Source of the DNA: Candidatus Bathyarchaeota archaeon
GTDB taxonomy: Archaea; Thermoproteota; Bathyarchaeia; Hecatellales; Hecatellaceae
Length of the DNA: 64,000 nt
Direction: 5' to 3'
NCBI GenBank assembly: GCA_052246995.1
Contig: JBQPWD010000005.1
Coordinates: 32,001-96,000, forward strand
In this document: in pieces, positions 26,102-36,961 of the stretch
How positions within the stretch are numbered: the first letter of the stretch is position 1
Layout: each line of letters opens with the position of its first letter
Position numbers and translations under genes: made by a program
Notes under the pieces: generated by a model
The model's input: the letters and a program-made list of their open reading frames with translations, nothing else
Told to the model about the DNA's origin: nothing
Databases searched by the model: none

Positions 26102-26782
26102 GTGGAAGGGATGGTTAATCAGGCTTTAATTGAAAAGGCAAGGGAGTTGCATGGCCACGTATGCCCCTTTGTGGTTTTGGGTTTAAGGGCTTCTGAAATT
26201 GCCATGAAAAAGCTTGGAGTAAGAAGGGTTGGGGGGATGGAAACCGTGGGTGAAGAGGTTTTGGCCATTATTGAGTGTAACAACTGTTTTGCTGACGGTG
26301 TTCAAGTGGCTACAGGTTGCACCCTTGGAAACAATTGCCTAATATACCTAGATGTTGGAAAAAACGCGTTAACGCTTGTCAAGAGAAGCGACTGGAAAGG
26401 TGTAAGAGTTTACGTTGACGGGGATAAACTTCGTGATAAATACTTTAAAAAAGAGACATTAAATCTTTTTGAAAAAGTTGTTGTAAAAAGAGAGGGAACA
26501 GCTGAAGACGTTGAAAAGCTACGGAAAATGTGGACAGAGATAGGCTATGTAATGAGCAACCTTCCTGAAGAAGAATTCAAAATTGAAGAGGTTTATGTGA
26601 AAGAAATTGAAAGGGCTCCAATTTTTGAAAGTGTTAGGTGTGAAAAATGTGGAGAACTAGCCATGAAAACTAGGGTTAAATTTGTTGATGGAAAGCCTGT
26701 ATGTCTAAGTTGCCATGGAGAATGTGAAGCCGTCATCGGGAGAGGTATAACACCAAACTTTAAGCTTCCATATGTCAGGTGA
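26102..26782 (+). CDS. FmdE/FwdE family protein with C-terminal Zn finger
   Basis: HGHVCP, C..DGVQ..TGCT.G, CEKCGE...CLSC. Confidence 0.92.
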   Translation: MEGMVNQALIEKARELHGHVCPFVVLGLRASEIAMKKLGVRRVGGMETVGEEVLAIIECNNCFADGVQVATGCTLGNNCLIYLDVGKNALTLVKRSDWKGVRVYVDGDKLRDKYFKKETLNLFEKVVVKREGTAEDVEKLRKMWTEIGYVMSNLPEEEFKIEEVYVKEIERAPIFESVRCEKCGELAMKTRVKFVDGKPVCLSCHGECEAVIGRGITPNFKLPYVR

Positions 26783-27933
26783 AAAGCATGAAGAAAAAAG
26801 GTGTAACAAAAATTCAAGCAGCAGTCCTGATGATAATCATAGCTGTTGCAGTTGTAGGAGCATATTTAACGTTTAATTTTCACTCACCACCTGAACAAAA
26901 AACATCGTCAAAAAATTATGTCGTGGATGTTTTAGGGAGAAATGTTACACTTCCCGAGAAAGTTACTCGTGTGGTAGCCATCGGCCCTGGAATGCTTAGA
27001 CTGGTTTGCTACTTAAACGCTTACAACCTACTTGTCGGTGTTGAGGAAAGTGAGGTAAAATGGGGCTTTACAGGTAGAGACTATGCTATGGCTTTAGGCC
27101 AAAAACTTGAAAATCTTCCCATAATAGGTCCAGGAGGACCAGGTAAACCTCCAACACCAGAGTTAATTTTAACCGTAAAGCCAGACCTCATAATAATGTC
27201 ACGTACATACGCAGAAATGTACAATCCAGATAGGCTGCAAAGTGAAACAAACTCTACTGTTATTGTTATGGATTATGGTCCAGCTGGACAATTAGACGTT
27301 AAAGGGTTTGCTAACGCCTTAAGGATTTTAGGGCAAGCTTTAAACAGGGAGGAGAGAGCTGAAGAACTAATCAGCTTTGTAAACAACCTATGTAAAGATT
27401 TAGAAGCTAGAACCAGAGAAGCTTCTCCACGGCCCAAGGTTTATGTTGGCGCAGTATCCTACAAAGGTCCTCAACCGTTCACCACCACCCAAACACCCTT
27501 CCCGCCTCTCACCCTCCTTTACACTTCCTCCATCGCTGACAAATACTCAAACCAAACAGGTGTCTTCTTTTGGGATTTTGAAGCTATACTCCAAGAACAG
27601 CCTAACATAGTGTTTATCGACGAAGGAAACTTAAACACAGTAAAACAAGACTTTGACAAAGATCCATCAAAATACTTGCAGTTAAACGCCTTCAAAAACG
27701 GCCAAGTTTACGGTACACTTCCCTACAACTACTACCACACAAATATTGCGGTAGCTTTAGCTGACGCATACTACATTGGTAAGGCATTGTATCCAGACAA
27801 ATTCGTCGACATAGACCCGGAAAAGAAAGCTGATGAAATATTCAACGCTTTCCTTGGTAAACCACTTTACCAGTCTTATAAAGAGGCTTATGGTGGTTTT
27901 AAGAACCTCTCCGAATTCTTCACGGTGCCATAG
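26779..27933 (+). CDS. Metal-chelate ABC transporter substrate-binding protein
   Basis: D.LGR.V.LP....RVV, PE.IL..KPDLI. Confidence 0.9.
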   Translation: MKSMKKKGVTKIQAAVLMIIIAVAVVGAYLTFNFHSPPEQKTSSKNYVVDVLGRNVTLPEKVTRVVAIGPGMLRLVCYLNAYNLLVGVEESEVKWGFTGRDYAMALGQKLENLPIIGPGGPGKPPTPELILTVKPDLIIMSRTYAEMYNPDRLQSETNSTVIVMDYGPAGQLDVKGFANALRILGQALNREERAEELISFVNNLCKDLEARTREASPRPKVYVGAVSYKGPQPFTTTQTPFPPLTLLYTSSIADKYSNQTGVFFWDFEAILQEQPNIVFIDEGNLNTVKQDFDKDPSKYLQLNAFKNGQVYGTLPYNYYHTNIAVALADAYYIGKALYPDKFVDIDPEKKADEIFNAFLGKPLYQSYKEAYGGFKNLSEFFTVP

Positions 27934-27935
27934 CT

Positions 27936-28985
27936 TTGGCTACATCAAGCTCAAAAAGGAAGAAGCAGCTAGCCTTAACTACCCTAATTTTTTTAACCCT
28001 TTTTCTAATTCCTGTTTCCGTGGCTTCAGGATGGTATAAAGCCTCGCTTTTAGACATTGTTCGGGTTTTGTTTATACCTGACAACAGCACCTTATCAACA
28101 GTTGTTTGGGATTTAAGGCTTAGACGTGTTTTAGCTGCATGTGTTGTAGGTGCAATACTAGGCGGATCAGGTGCTGCAATACAAGCCTCTATGAGAAACC
28201 CCTTGGCTTCTCCGTTCACCTTTGGGCTTTCCTTTGCAGCCTCTTTAGGTGTTGCAACAGCCCTTCTAGTTCTTCATGGAGGGGAAATTCAAAGGTTTCA
28301 AATACTGGTTTACAACCCGTTTGTTGTTTCCATGTTTGCGTTTATCTTCTCCCTCATCCAGGTTATGGTTATCCTTATCCTCGCATACAAGGCCGGGTTA
28401 AGTTCAGGAGCTCTTGTTCTTTCAGCCATCGCTGTTTCCTTTGCATACCAAGCTATCCTTTACTTGTTACAGTACCTCTACCTAAACGAGGTGCTTGTTT
28501 CAACAGTTGTTTTCTGGACTTTCGGCGATTTGGGAAGAATTGCGTGGATTGAGTTTAACCTTGTAACCATAGTATCCTTGACAATTGTTATTCCCTACTT
28601 CTTGTTAAGAAGCTTGGATTACGACTTAATTTTAAGCGGAGACGAGTTGGCGAAATCTGCCGGTGTAAACCCACAGAAAATTAGGTTTGAAACAACGGTA
28701 ATAGCGGCGTTGGCAACAGCCCTTGCCACATCCTTTGTAGGCGTTATAGGGTTTGTTTGCCTTATTGCACCTCACGCTTCTCGGCTAATTTTTGGAGGAG
28801 GCCATAGATATTTAATGCCTGCCTCCATGGTTATGGGTTCGTTAATCCTACTCCTTTCAGATACTGTTGGTAGAACCATTATAGCTCCTACAATAATTCC
28901 AGTTGGGATAATGACTTCACTTGTCGGTGTTCCACTGCTTGTTTACCTTCTTCTTAAAGGTGGGAGACATGGTTATAGAGATTAA
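27936..28985 (+). CDS. FecCD/BtuC family ABC permease
   Basis: RNPLASPFT.G, G.IGFV.L..PH. Confidence 0.93.
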   Translation: MATSSSKRKKQLALTTLIFLTLFLIPVSVASGWYKASLLDIVRVLFIPDNSTLSTVVWDLRLRRVLAACVVGAILGGSGAAIQASMRNPLASPFTFGLSFAASLGVATALLVLHGGEIQRFQILVYNPFVVSMFAFIFSLIQVMVILILAYKAGLSSGALVLSAIAVSFAYQAILYLLQYLYLNEVLVSTVVFWTFGDLGRIAWIEFNLVTIVSLTIVIPYFLLRSLDYDLILSGDELAKSAGVNPQKIRFETTVIAALATALATSFVGVIGFVCLIAPHASRLIFGGGHRYLMPASMVMGSLILLLSDTVGRTIIAPTIIPVGIMTSLVGVPLLVYLLLKGGRHGYRD

Positions 28986-29748
28986 TGTTAAAGATGTAAA
29001 GGTTTATTATCAAAGTGTTAAGGCTTTAGATGGTGTATCATTAAACGTGTGTGCTGGCGAAATACTTTCTGTCATAGGGCCTAACGGTGCAGGTAAAAGC
29101 ACGCTTTTAAAGGTTATTAACGGGGTTTTGAAGCCGCAAATGGGTGTAATATACATTGACAAAAAACCTTTAAACGAAATTCCTAGAAGAGAAGTTGCAC
29201 GTAAAACCGGGGTTGTTCCGCAGAGAATTCACAATTCAGGAATGTTGTCTGTCTACGATTTTGTGATGACTGGTAGAAGACCCTACATAGAGTTTACCAC
29301 CTCAAGAGCTGATGAGGAGAAGGTTTACGAGGCTTTAAAAACAGTTGACGCCGTTAACCTTGCAGAAAGAAGCTTGGAAGAGCTCAGCGGGGGTGAGCTT
29401 CAACGGGTTATAATTGCAAGAGCTTTAGCCGGAGAACCTGAAGTAATGCTTCTAGATGAGCCGACAAGCAGCCTAGACCTTAAACATCAGCTGGAAACCT
29501 TAAACCTGATAAAGTCGTTACGTTCAAAAGGCTTAGCCATAATTATGGCTATACATGACCTTACCCAAGCATACAGGGTGTCTGATAAGGTTTTACTGTT
29601 AAACGGCGGGAAGGTTTTCGCGGCTGGAAAGCCTGACGACGTGCTTAACCCAAAAACCCTTTTTGAAGTTTACAAGGTTCCGATAATTATAATCAATGAG
29701 TATAAGGTTGTTGTCCCCATCGAGGTTTTTAAGGAGCTTTCACTCTGA
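28921..29748 (+). CDS. ABC transporter ATP-binding protein
   Basis: GPNGAGKST, LSGGE, LLDEPT, HD. Confidence 0.95.
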   Translation: MSVFHCLFTFFLKVGDMVIEINVKDVKVYYQSVKALDGVSLNVCAGEILSVIGPNGAGKSTLLKVINGVLKPQMGVIYIDKKPLNEIPRREVARKTGVVPQRIHNSGMLSVYDFVMTGRRPYIEFTTSRADEEKVYEALKTVDAVNLAERSLEELSGGELQRVIIARALAGEPEVMLLDEPTSSLDLKHQLETLNLIKSLRSKGLAIIMAIHDLTQAYRVSDKVLLLNGGKVFAAGKPDDVLNPKTLFEVYKVPIIIINEYKVVVPIEVFKELSL

Positions 29749-29898
29749 ATTTTGTGGGGACAATTAACACCTCTTTTCTGATTTCTTCTTAACCGGCTTT
29801 TTCATCTCGCCAATAAAGGTTGTAATCTAGCTGGACTAACTACTTATTTAGATGACTGTTAATTTACTTTATATCTTAACTTATCTGGTGATGAAAAC

Positions 29899-30150
29899 AT
29901 GATGTTTAAAGCTAATGTGGAGGTTAAGCTTAAACCTGGCTTTTTTGACCCTGAAGGTGAAGCTGCCAAAGAAGCCTTAAACGACCTTGGTTATCAAGTA
30001 TACAACGTAAGAGTTAGTAAGCTTTATTCAATAGAGTTTAAGGCTTCTTCGCTTGAAGATGCCAAAAAACTTGTAGATGAGATGTGTAGAAGGTTGCTGA
30101 CCAATCCAACAAAAGACCTTTACAAGGTGGAGGTGCAACCATCTGACTAA
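29899..30150 (+). CDS. purS: FGAM synthase subunit PurS
   Basis: V.LKPG..DPEG, LL.NP. Confidence 0.95.
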   Translation: MMFKANVEVKLKPGFFDPEGEAAKEALNDLGYQVYNVRVSKLYSIEFKASSLEDAKKLVDEMCRRLLTNPTKDLYKVEVQPSD

Positions 30151-30163
30151 CCCCTATAAAAAG

Positions 30164-32518
30164 TTGAGTCTTCCATTTGATGTTTACGAGGTTAACATCT
30201 TAGAGGCAGACGATAACATGCTTATGAGGATAAGTGTTGAAACAGGGATTGGGTTAAGCTTAAAAGAGATGAAGGCTGTTAAGGCTTACTTTCAAAAAGA
30301 GAAAAAAAACCCTACAGATGTAGAAATTCAAACCATAGGTCAAACATGGTCTGAACATTGTTACCATAAAACGTTTAAAGGTATAGTTAAGACAAACGAT
30401 GGAAGAATTGTAGACAACATGTTTAAAACGTACATAGCATCAGTTGTCAAGGAGTTAAAACCAGAATGGTGTATTTCAGTTTTTGAGGACAACGCAGGAA
30501 TAGTAGATTTCTCCGACGGCTACGCCATAGCTGTTAAAGTTGAAACCCACAACCACCCTTCAGCCATAGAACCATTTGGAGGTGCTTCAACAGGCATAGG
30601 CGGTATAATAAGAGATATACTTGGAGTTTGGGCTGACCCGATAGCCAACACCGATGTTCTATGTTTTGGCCCTCTTAACTACGACTACTCAAAGCTTCCC
30701 CCAGGTGTTAAACATCCAAAATATCTTTTTAAAGGAGTTGTGGCGGGAATAGGACATTACGGCAACAACATGGGTATCCCAACAGTTAACGGAGCAATAT
30801 ACTTTGACGAAGGCTACGTTGGCAACGTGGTTGTTTACTGTGGTTGTGTAGGCATTCTACCCAAAAACAAGTATTTTAGGAAAGTTAAACCTGGCGACTC
30901 AATAATCATAGCTGGAGGAAAAACTGGGAGAGATGGAATTCATGGTGTAACATTTGCATCAGCCGAGTTGACGGAGGAGTCGGAGGAAACTTCAAGGTCA
31001 GCTGTTCAGATACCCAACCCAATTGAAGAGGAAAAGCTAAAAAGAGCAATAATAAGGATAAGAGATGAAGAACTCGGTTCAGGGATAACAGACCTAGGTG
31101 GAGGCGGGCTTTCAAGTTCTACAGGAGAAATGGCCAACAAGTATAATTGTGGTGTAGTTGTTGAGTTGTCAAAAGTAAAACTAAAAGACCCTGACATGAA
31201 ACCATGGGAAATATGGGTTTCAGAATCTCAAGAAAGAATGTTCATAGCCTCCCCACAAGAAAACGTTAAAAGGATAATTGAAATATTCGAGGAAGAAGAT
31301 GTGGAGGCTGTAGAAATAGGCAGATTTACAGATGACCGTAGACTTAAAGTTTTGTATAAAGGTTATGTTGTAGCAGACTTATCACTAGACTTCCTTTTCA
31401 ACCCGCCACGGGTAACATGGATAGCCAATGTTGAAAACAACTTGGAACGTGAAGTTGAATTTGAAAAACCTAAAAACTTAGATGAAGTTTTGCTTAAACT
31501 CTTAAAGTCACCTAACATCGCCAGTAAAGAGGCTGTAATAAGAACCTACGACCATGAAGTTAAGGGAATGACAGCCATAAAGCCTCTTCAAGGTTGGAGA
31601 GCAGGCCCTAACGATGCAGCTGTCCTAAAACCCTTACCCTCCTCCTGGACAGGTGTAGTTGTATCATGTGGTATAAAGCCAAGCTATGGGAAGATAAACA
31701 CATACCATATGGCGGCTTCAAGCATCGACGAAGCCATAAGAAACAACATATGCGTGGGAGGGAGAAGATGGGCATTACTGGACAACTTTACCTGGGGAAG
31801 TCCAGAAAAACCTGATAGAATGGGTAGTTTGCTAAAGGCAGTTGAAGCCTGCTACCATACAGCCAAACTTCTCGGAAGCCCTTTTATATCAGGTAAAGAC
31901 AGCTTGTACAACGAGTCTCCTCTTGGACCTGTAACGCCAACCCTGCTTATAACAGCCATCGGCATAATACCAGATGTGAGAAAAGCAATAACAATGGAGT
32001 TTAAAAAACCAGGTAACCCACTATACGTAATCGGCTTAACCAGAAGAGAACTTGGAGGCTCAGAATACTATAAACTGCTTGGAGTTCACGTAGGCATAGT
32101 GCCAAGAGTCTACAAACAGGCAAGGGATGTATTTGACAGGGTTGTTAAAGCCATAGATTTAGGTTTAATACAGGCTTGCCACGACCCTTCAGAAGGCGGT
32201 CTTGCAGTAGCTGTAGCGGAGATGTCTTTAGCCTCAGGTTATGGTGGAGAGGTAGAGCTTTCCAAGGTTTTGTTAAGTGAACCTATGAGAGAAGACCTAG
32301 CTTTATTCTCTGAGTCTAACAGTAGATTTATAGTTGAAGTTAAAGCTGACAGGGAGGAGGAGTTTAAAGAACATATGAAGGGCATACCTTACTCAAGGAT
32401 AGGTAGGGTGAGTAAAAGCTCAAGCTTAACCATAAGAGGCTTTAACGGTGACGTCTTAATCGACATAAACGTGGATGAAATGTGGAAAGCTTGGAGAGAA
32501 GCGTTGACGTTGAGGTGA
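30164..32518 (+). CDS. purL: FGAM synthase subunit PurL
   Basis: WSEHC.HK, K.ETHNHPSA.EP.GGA.TG.GG. Confidence 0.97.
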   Translation: MSLPFDVYEVNILEADDNMLMRISVETGIGLSLKEMKAVKAYFQKEKKNPTDVEIQTIGQTWSEHCYHKTFKGIVKTNDGRIVDNMFKTYIASVVKELKPEWCISVFEDNAGIVDFSDGYAIAVKVETHNHPSAIEPFGGASTGIGGIIRDILGVWADPIANTDVLCFGPLNYDYSKLPPGVKHPKYLFKGVVAGIGHYGNNMGIPTVNGAIYFDEGYVGNVVVYCGCVGILPKNKYFRKVKPGDSIIIAGGKTGRDGIHGVTFASAELTEESEETSRSAVQIPNPIEEEKLKRAIIRIRDEELGSGITDLGGGGLSSSTGEMANKYNCGVVVELSKVKLKDPDMKPWEIWVSESQERMFIASPQENVKRIIEIFEEEDVEAVEIGRFTDDRRLKVLYKGYVVADLSLDFLFNPPRVTWIANVENNLEREVEFEKPKNLDEVLLKLLKSPNIASKEAVIRTYDHEVKGMTAIKPLQGWRAGPNDAAVLKPLPSSWTGVVVSCGIKPSYGKINTYHMAASSIDEAIRNNICVGGRRWALLDNFTWGSPEKPDRMGSLLKAVEACYHTAKLLGSPFISGKDSLYNESPLGPVTPTLLITAIGIIPDVRKAITMEFKKPGNPLYVIGLTRRELGGSEYYKLLGVHVGIVPRVYKQARDVFDRVVKAIDLGLIQACHDPSEGGLAVAVAEMSLASGYGGEVELSKVLLSEPMREDLALFSESNSRFIVEVKADREEEFKEHMKGIPYSRIGRVSKSSSLTIRGFNGDVLIDINVDEMWKAWREALTLR

Positions 32519-32522
32519 CATC

Positions 32523-33320
32523 TTGCTCGACGTGAAGGCATGTATATTAAGGGTTGGTGGAACCAATTGTGACTTTGAAACTAAGGTTACACTTGAAGAC
32601 CTAGGATTAAAGGCGGACATTGTACATATGAACCAGTTGTTCAGAAAACGTGTAAACCTTGAAGACTACCATCTACTCGTAATTCCAGGAGGATTTTCCT
32701 ATGGAGACTACGTCAGGGCTGGAGCTATATGGGGAAAGAAGCTGGTCTCTAAACTTGGAAGAGAACTTGAAAACTTTGTAGATAATGGAAAAGCAGTACT
32801 TGGCATATGTAACGGTTTTCAAGTACTTGTAGAGTCAGAAATTTTGCCAGGCTTAAACAAAGTAGGTAAACATTTGGGAGCTGCGTTAGCAACCAACTCC
32901 TCAGCAAAATATGAGTGTAGATGGGTTTATCTGAAACATCAAGCTTCACAGTGTAAACTGCTTTCAAAAATTGATAAAAACACTGTTCTTCGGATACCTG
33001 TAGGTCACGGTGAAGGTAAGTTTGTTGCTTCTAAGGAGATTTTAGACAGCATAGTTGAGTTGAAGCTTATAGTTTTCACCTACTGTAAACCTGACGGTTC
33101 TTCAGCAAACGGAGAATACCCATACAACCCAAACGGCTCAATGCTGGACATAGCTGGAATATGTAACCTAAGAGGTAACGTGATGGGGATGATGCCTCAC
33201 CCTGAACGTGCATATTTTGGGTGGCAAATGCCAGATTGGACATGTAACGACAAACCTGCTCCCTACGGTGATGGAAGGATAATCTTTGAATCTATAGTTG
33301 ACTATGTCAAAAAGCTGTAA
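32523..33320 (+). CDS. purQ: FGAM synthase glutaminase subunit PurQ
   Basis: GTNCD, PGGFSYGD, LGICNGFQ, MMPHPER. Confidence 0.97.
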   Translation: MLDVKACILRVGGTNCDFETKVTLEDLGLKADIVHMNQLFRKRVNLEDYHLLVIPGGFSYGDYVRAGAIWGKKLVSKLGRELENFVDNGKAVLGICNGFQVLVESEILPGLNKVGKHLGAALATNSSAKYECRWVYLKHQASQCKLLSKIDKNTVLRIPVGHGEGKFVASKEILDSIVELKLIVFTYCKPDGSSANGEYPYNPNGSMLDIAGICNLRGNVMGMMPHPERAYFGWQMPDWTCNDKPAPYGDGRIIFESIVDYVKKL

Positions 33321-33472
33321 AAGAAGCTAAAAAATTTTCCTCTCCTTTTTCTACAATTAATAATTTAAGAAAACTTTTATCCTCAGCCCTTTTTTACCAT
33401 AAATACAAACAAAAATTTAATAAAAGACAATTTTTTAAACATTTTGGATGTGGGTAGAAAAGTTACATTTAT

Positions 33473-34957
33473 TTGCAAAGAAGACGTCTGAAAAGCCAGA
33501 AAGTGGAGATGTGGAGGATGAGTGTTAAAAACGCTAATAGAGTTCAAACTGGAATAAGCGGCTTAGACGAGCTTATTGGTGGAGGTTTTCCGAAAAATAG
33601 TTTAATAGTTTTATCTGGAAAACCGGGGACAGGTAAAACAATGTTTTCCGCAGGCTTCCTCTACAACGGCATTGTCAACCATGGTGAAAAGGGTATATAT
33701 GCTAGCTTCGCCGAGAACAAGGAGGCATTCTTCAGCAACATGTTAAGCCTAGGCTTAGACTTTGAAAAGCTTGAGAAGGCTGGAAGCTTCCACTTCCTAG
33801 ACATGGTAACTGTGAGGGAGGGGGCTACACCAACAGTAGTGGAAACAATATTTAGGGAAGTATACAAGCTTGAAGCTAAACGTCTAGTAATAGACTCCTT
33901 TTCAGCATTAGTTCAAGCATTCAAGGATCCAAGTGAAGTTAGAATTGTTCTACACACAGTTATAAGTAGGATTACTAGGCTTTTAGGATGTACAACCCTT
34001 CTAATAGTGGAAACTCCGTATGGTGAGGACAAGATTGGACTAGGCATAGAGGAGTTTGTTGCAGACAGCATAATCATGCTTAGAAGAACTAGGCTAGATG
34101 GAAGAATTCTGAGGGAGTTGGAACTGCTTAAAATGAGGGGAACCCCAACACCAGAAACAGAAGCAGTCTTCACACTTAAAGGCGGCTTTAAGGTTTTCCC
34201 GCCATTCAAACCTAAAAAAGTTGAAAAAACACAAAGATTCCAACCTCAACCAGACATGGAAGAATACTTCTCAACAGGCTCACAAAGCCTAGATGAAGTG
34301 CTTGGAGGAGGCTATCCAAAAGGCTCATCAGTCCTAATTGAGATTGACAAGCATGTATCGACATTACAGTACCACCTAATTGCGACTCCAACAGCATGGA
34401 ATTTTATTGCCCAAGGAAGAGGGATAATTGCAATTCCCTCGGCAGGTGTAGACCTAAGCCTCATATTAAGAAGGTGTGAGGAGGTTGGGTTAACCAGAGA
34501 TGAGGTAAACAAGCTTTTAAGAGTCTGTGTTAAAGAACACCCTGACCTTAAACCTGAACCCTATGTTGTGGCTTTTAAGGGTGAAAACATCTTAGAGGAT
34601 TACGCTAAATACTTGGAGGTTGAGCGTGAGTTAATGAAGAAAACAGGTCAACCAATACTTAAAATCAACGGGCCGGATACGCTTATAGACCTGTACGGGC
34701 TGAAGAACACGCTTTCAACCCTTAGAATCGACTCTACAAGAATAAGGGAAACTGGGAGTTTAGGTATAGTGTTACTTAAACCAGGTTATCCGAGGTTGGC
34801 AAAGATTCTTGCTGCAATCGCAGACATCCACCTGAAGATTACACGGGAACATGGTTCAATACTTGTTTACGGGGTAAAGCCCAGAACAAACATTTACGCA
34901 CTTGAAATGGATGTATCAAAGGGTTATGCAACACCAAAACTTACACAAATAATCTAA
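33473..34957 (+). CDS. Second KaiC/RAD55-like ATPase with GvpD-like C-terminal domain
   Basis: GKPGTGKT, RLVIDS, KMRG; paralog of 24006-25427. Confidence 0.9.
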   Translation: MQRRRLKSQKVEMWRMSVKNANRVQTGISGLDELIGGGFPKNSLIVLSGKPGTGKTMFSAGFLYNGIVNHGEKGIYASFAENKEAFFSNMLSLGLDFEKLEKAGSFHFLDMVTVREGATPTVVETIFREVYKLEAKRLVIDSFSALVQAFKDPSEVRIVLHTVISRITRLLGCTTLLIVETPYGEDKIGLGIEEFVADSIIMLRRTRLDGRILRELELLKMRGTPTPETEAVFTLKGGFKVFPPFKPKKVEKTQRFQPQPDMEEYFSTGSQSLDEVLGGGYPKGSSVLIEIDKHVSTLQYHLIATPTAWNFIAQGRGIIAIPSAGVDLSLILRRCEEVGLTRDEVNKLLRVCVKEHPDLKPEPYVVAFKGENILEDYAKYLEVERELMKKTGQPILKINGPDTLIDLYGLKNTLSTLRIDSTRIRETGSLGIVLLKPGYPRLAKILAAIADIHLKITREHGSILVYGVKPRTNIYALEMDVSKGYATPKLTQII

Positions 34958-35165
34958 AACGTGAAGTAGTAAACTATAAGACTACACTCATTTTTGCTCA
35001 GAAACAAGCAACCAGAAAATTGGTCTGTTTAAGTTTAGTCGTGTAAGATTTACAGAAAAAATGTTTAGGCTATTTTAGTTTTTATGCCAGTTACAGGTTA
35101 ATTTAACATCATCCAAGTTTGCAGCATTTTTATGATACCCCTGTAACAGGAGGTGTGTAGTAGAG

Positions 35166-35798
35166 TTGTCAAGCATTTCTCAAGAAGAATTAAACAAAGC
35201 AGAGGTTGCCAAGAAGAGTGGATTAGCCATTGTTAGGGTTGTTGTATACATCTTGGTTTATGTTTATGTTGCTGCAACCACACAATGGCTCTTTACAAGC
35301 TTCCTACCACAATACGGAATAAACCTGTCAGACTATATGGGATATGCTCAGATTCTTATAGCCCTAGCCTTTGGTTACTTGATACTCAACAGCATCGCCA
35401 TATTCGCCTACTGGAGTGTTAGGGCAAGACATGACCATTCCACAGCAGCAGCCATTAGGAATGTTGTTAAAGTAATAGGATTAGGAGCCCTAGTTTCAGC
35501 CATTGCTGGCGGAGTAGCTGGAGGGGCTGCTGGAGTTGCCTTAGGAGGATTTCTCGGCATGGTTGTAGGTTTTGCGTCGCAACACGTGCTTGGACAGGCA
35601 ATAGCCGGATTATTTCTATTGATCTCCAGACCATTTAAAATAGGTGATGAAGTCATTTTAGCTGGAGAAGAGGGAGTTGTGGAAGACGTTTCCACACTTT
35701 TCACAATAGTTGTAAAAAAGGATGGTTCAAAAGTTATAATACCCAACAACACAATCATTGGAGGTAAAATATACTTAAAAACAAAAACCAACAAATAA
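35166..35798 (+). CDS. mscS: Small-conductance mechanosensitive channel family (short form)
   Basis: GFASQ..L...IAG..L...RPFKIGD...G.V..V....T...IPN. Confidence 0.88.
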   Translation: MSSISQEELNKAEVAKKSGLAIVRVVVYILVYVYVAATTQWLFTSFLPQYGINLSDYMGYAQILIALAFGYLILNSIAIFAYWSVRARHDHSTAAAIRNVVKVIGLGALVSAIAGGVAGGAAGVALGGFLGMVVGFASQHVLGQAIAGLFLLISRPFKIGDEVILAGEEGVVEDVSTLFTIVVKKDGSKVIIPNNTIIGGKIYLKTKTNK

Positions 35799-35980
35799 TG
35801 ATTTTCAAAAATGCCTTACAGGTAGTATTCTTTACCTTAGATTCCTTTAACCAGCGAATATTGCTTTGAATGTAAACAAGGTTACGGCGGTAACTCTCGA
35901 GCCAGATGAATCCCTAAACAAACTCAACCTACAATTTTATCGCTATAAAATTTTTTCTTAAGCTAAATTAAACGTTAGAT

Positions 35981-36961
35981 TCAACTTCTAGCTCTCGGCT
36001 TTAGTAGCCCTCTGCTTTTCATTTGCTCTATAAGCCACCTGTCTCTACGTTTCACCACCTCTTCTATAGACTTGCCAGGGTAGTTGTAAAAACCTTTCCC
36101 GGTTTTAATTCCCAACTCACCAGATTCCACTTTACTCTTCAGAAGGCTTGGAGGTTTAAACTTCTCTCCAAGGGTTTTATAAAGATAGGTGTAAGCGTAA
36201 AGGAAGGTATCCATACCACCCAAGTCCACTATTTCTAGGGGGCCTAAGATTGGAAGTCGAAGGCCAAGAGTCATTTTAACAGCGGTGTCTATATCCTCCG
36301 CTGTTGCCAACCCTTCCTCCAACATTAAAATTGCTTCCATAATCAATGCAGCTTGAAGCCTCACACCTAAAAACCCTGGTGTATCCTTACATACCACTGG
36401 AACCTTTCCAAGCTTTTTAGCCAGCTCCTTAGTGGTCATAATGGTTTCTTTTGAAGTATATTGACCTTTAACTATTTCTACAAGAGGCATTAAATGTGGC
36501 GGGTTCCACCAATGCATACCTACAACCTTGTCTTTCCGATTTGTTGCGGAGGCAATCTCTGTTATGCTGAATGACGAAGTATTGGAGGCTAAAATGGTGT
36601 GGGAAGGACAAACCTTGTCAAGTTCTTTAAATACCTCTTTTTTTATGTTCATGTTCTCAGTTACAGCCTCAATCACAAAGTCTACATCTTTTGCCGCATC
36701 ACCAATATTTTCAACAAAAACTATTCTTGAAAGTATCTTTTTAACATCCTCACTTGTTAAAATTCCAGTTTCCACAAAAGTTTCTAAGTTTGAACTTATC
36801 CGGGCATATGCCGTTCTAAGAACCTCCTTTTGTTTATCGGTAACCATGGTTTGATAACCAGCTGAAGCGCAAACTTGCGCAATACCATGTCCCATAATTC
36901 CTGCACCTATTACAGCTATTTTACTTAGCTTCACATTATTTCCGTAATTTTGAGTTTCCAT
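35981..36961 (-). CDS. 3-hydroxyacyl-CoA dehydrogenase
   Basis: GAGIMGHGIA, EAV.E, SNTSS, GMH..NP. Confidence 0.93.
   Translation of the reverse strand: METQNYGNNVKLSKIAVIGAGIMGHGIAQVCASAGYQTMVTDKQKEVLRTAYARISSNLETFVETGILTSEDVKKILSRIVFVENIGDAAKDVDFVIEAVTENMNIKKEVFKELDKVCPSHTILASNTSSFSITEIASATNRKDKVVGMHWWNPPHLMPLVEIVKGQYTSKETIMTTKELAKKLGKVPVVCKDTPGFLGVRLQAALIMEAILMLEEGLATAEDIDTAVKMTLGLRLPILGPLEIVDLGGMDTFLYAYTYLYKTLGEKFKPPSLLKSKVESGELGIKTGKGFYNYPGKSIEEVVKRRDRWLIEQMKSRGLLKPRARS

Noticed and set aside
24006-34957. Circadian clock or gas vesicle system
   Set aside because: No kaiA/kaiB or gvpA cluster; second ATPase domain is degenerate
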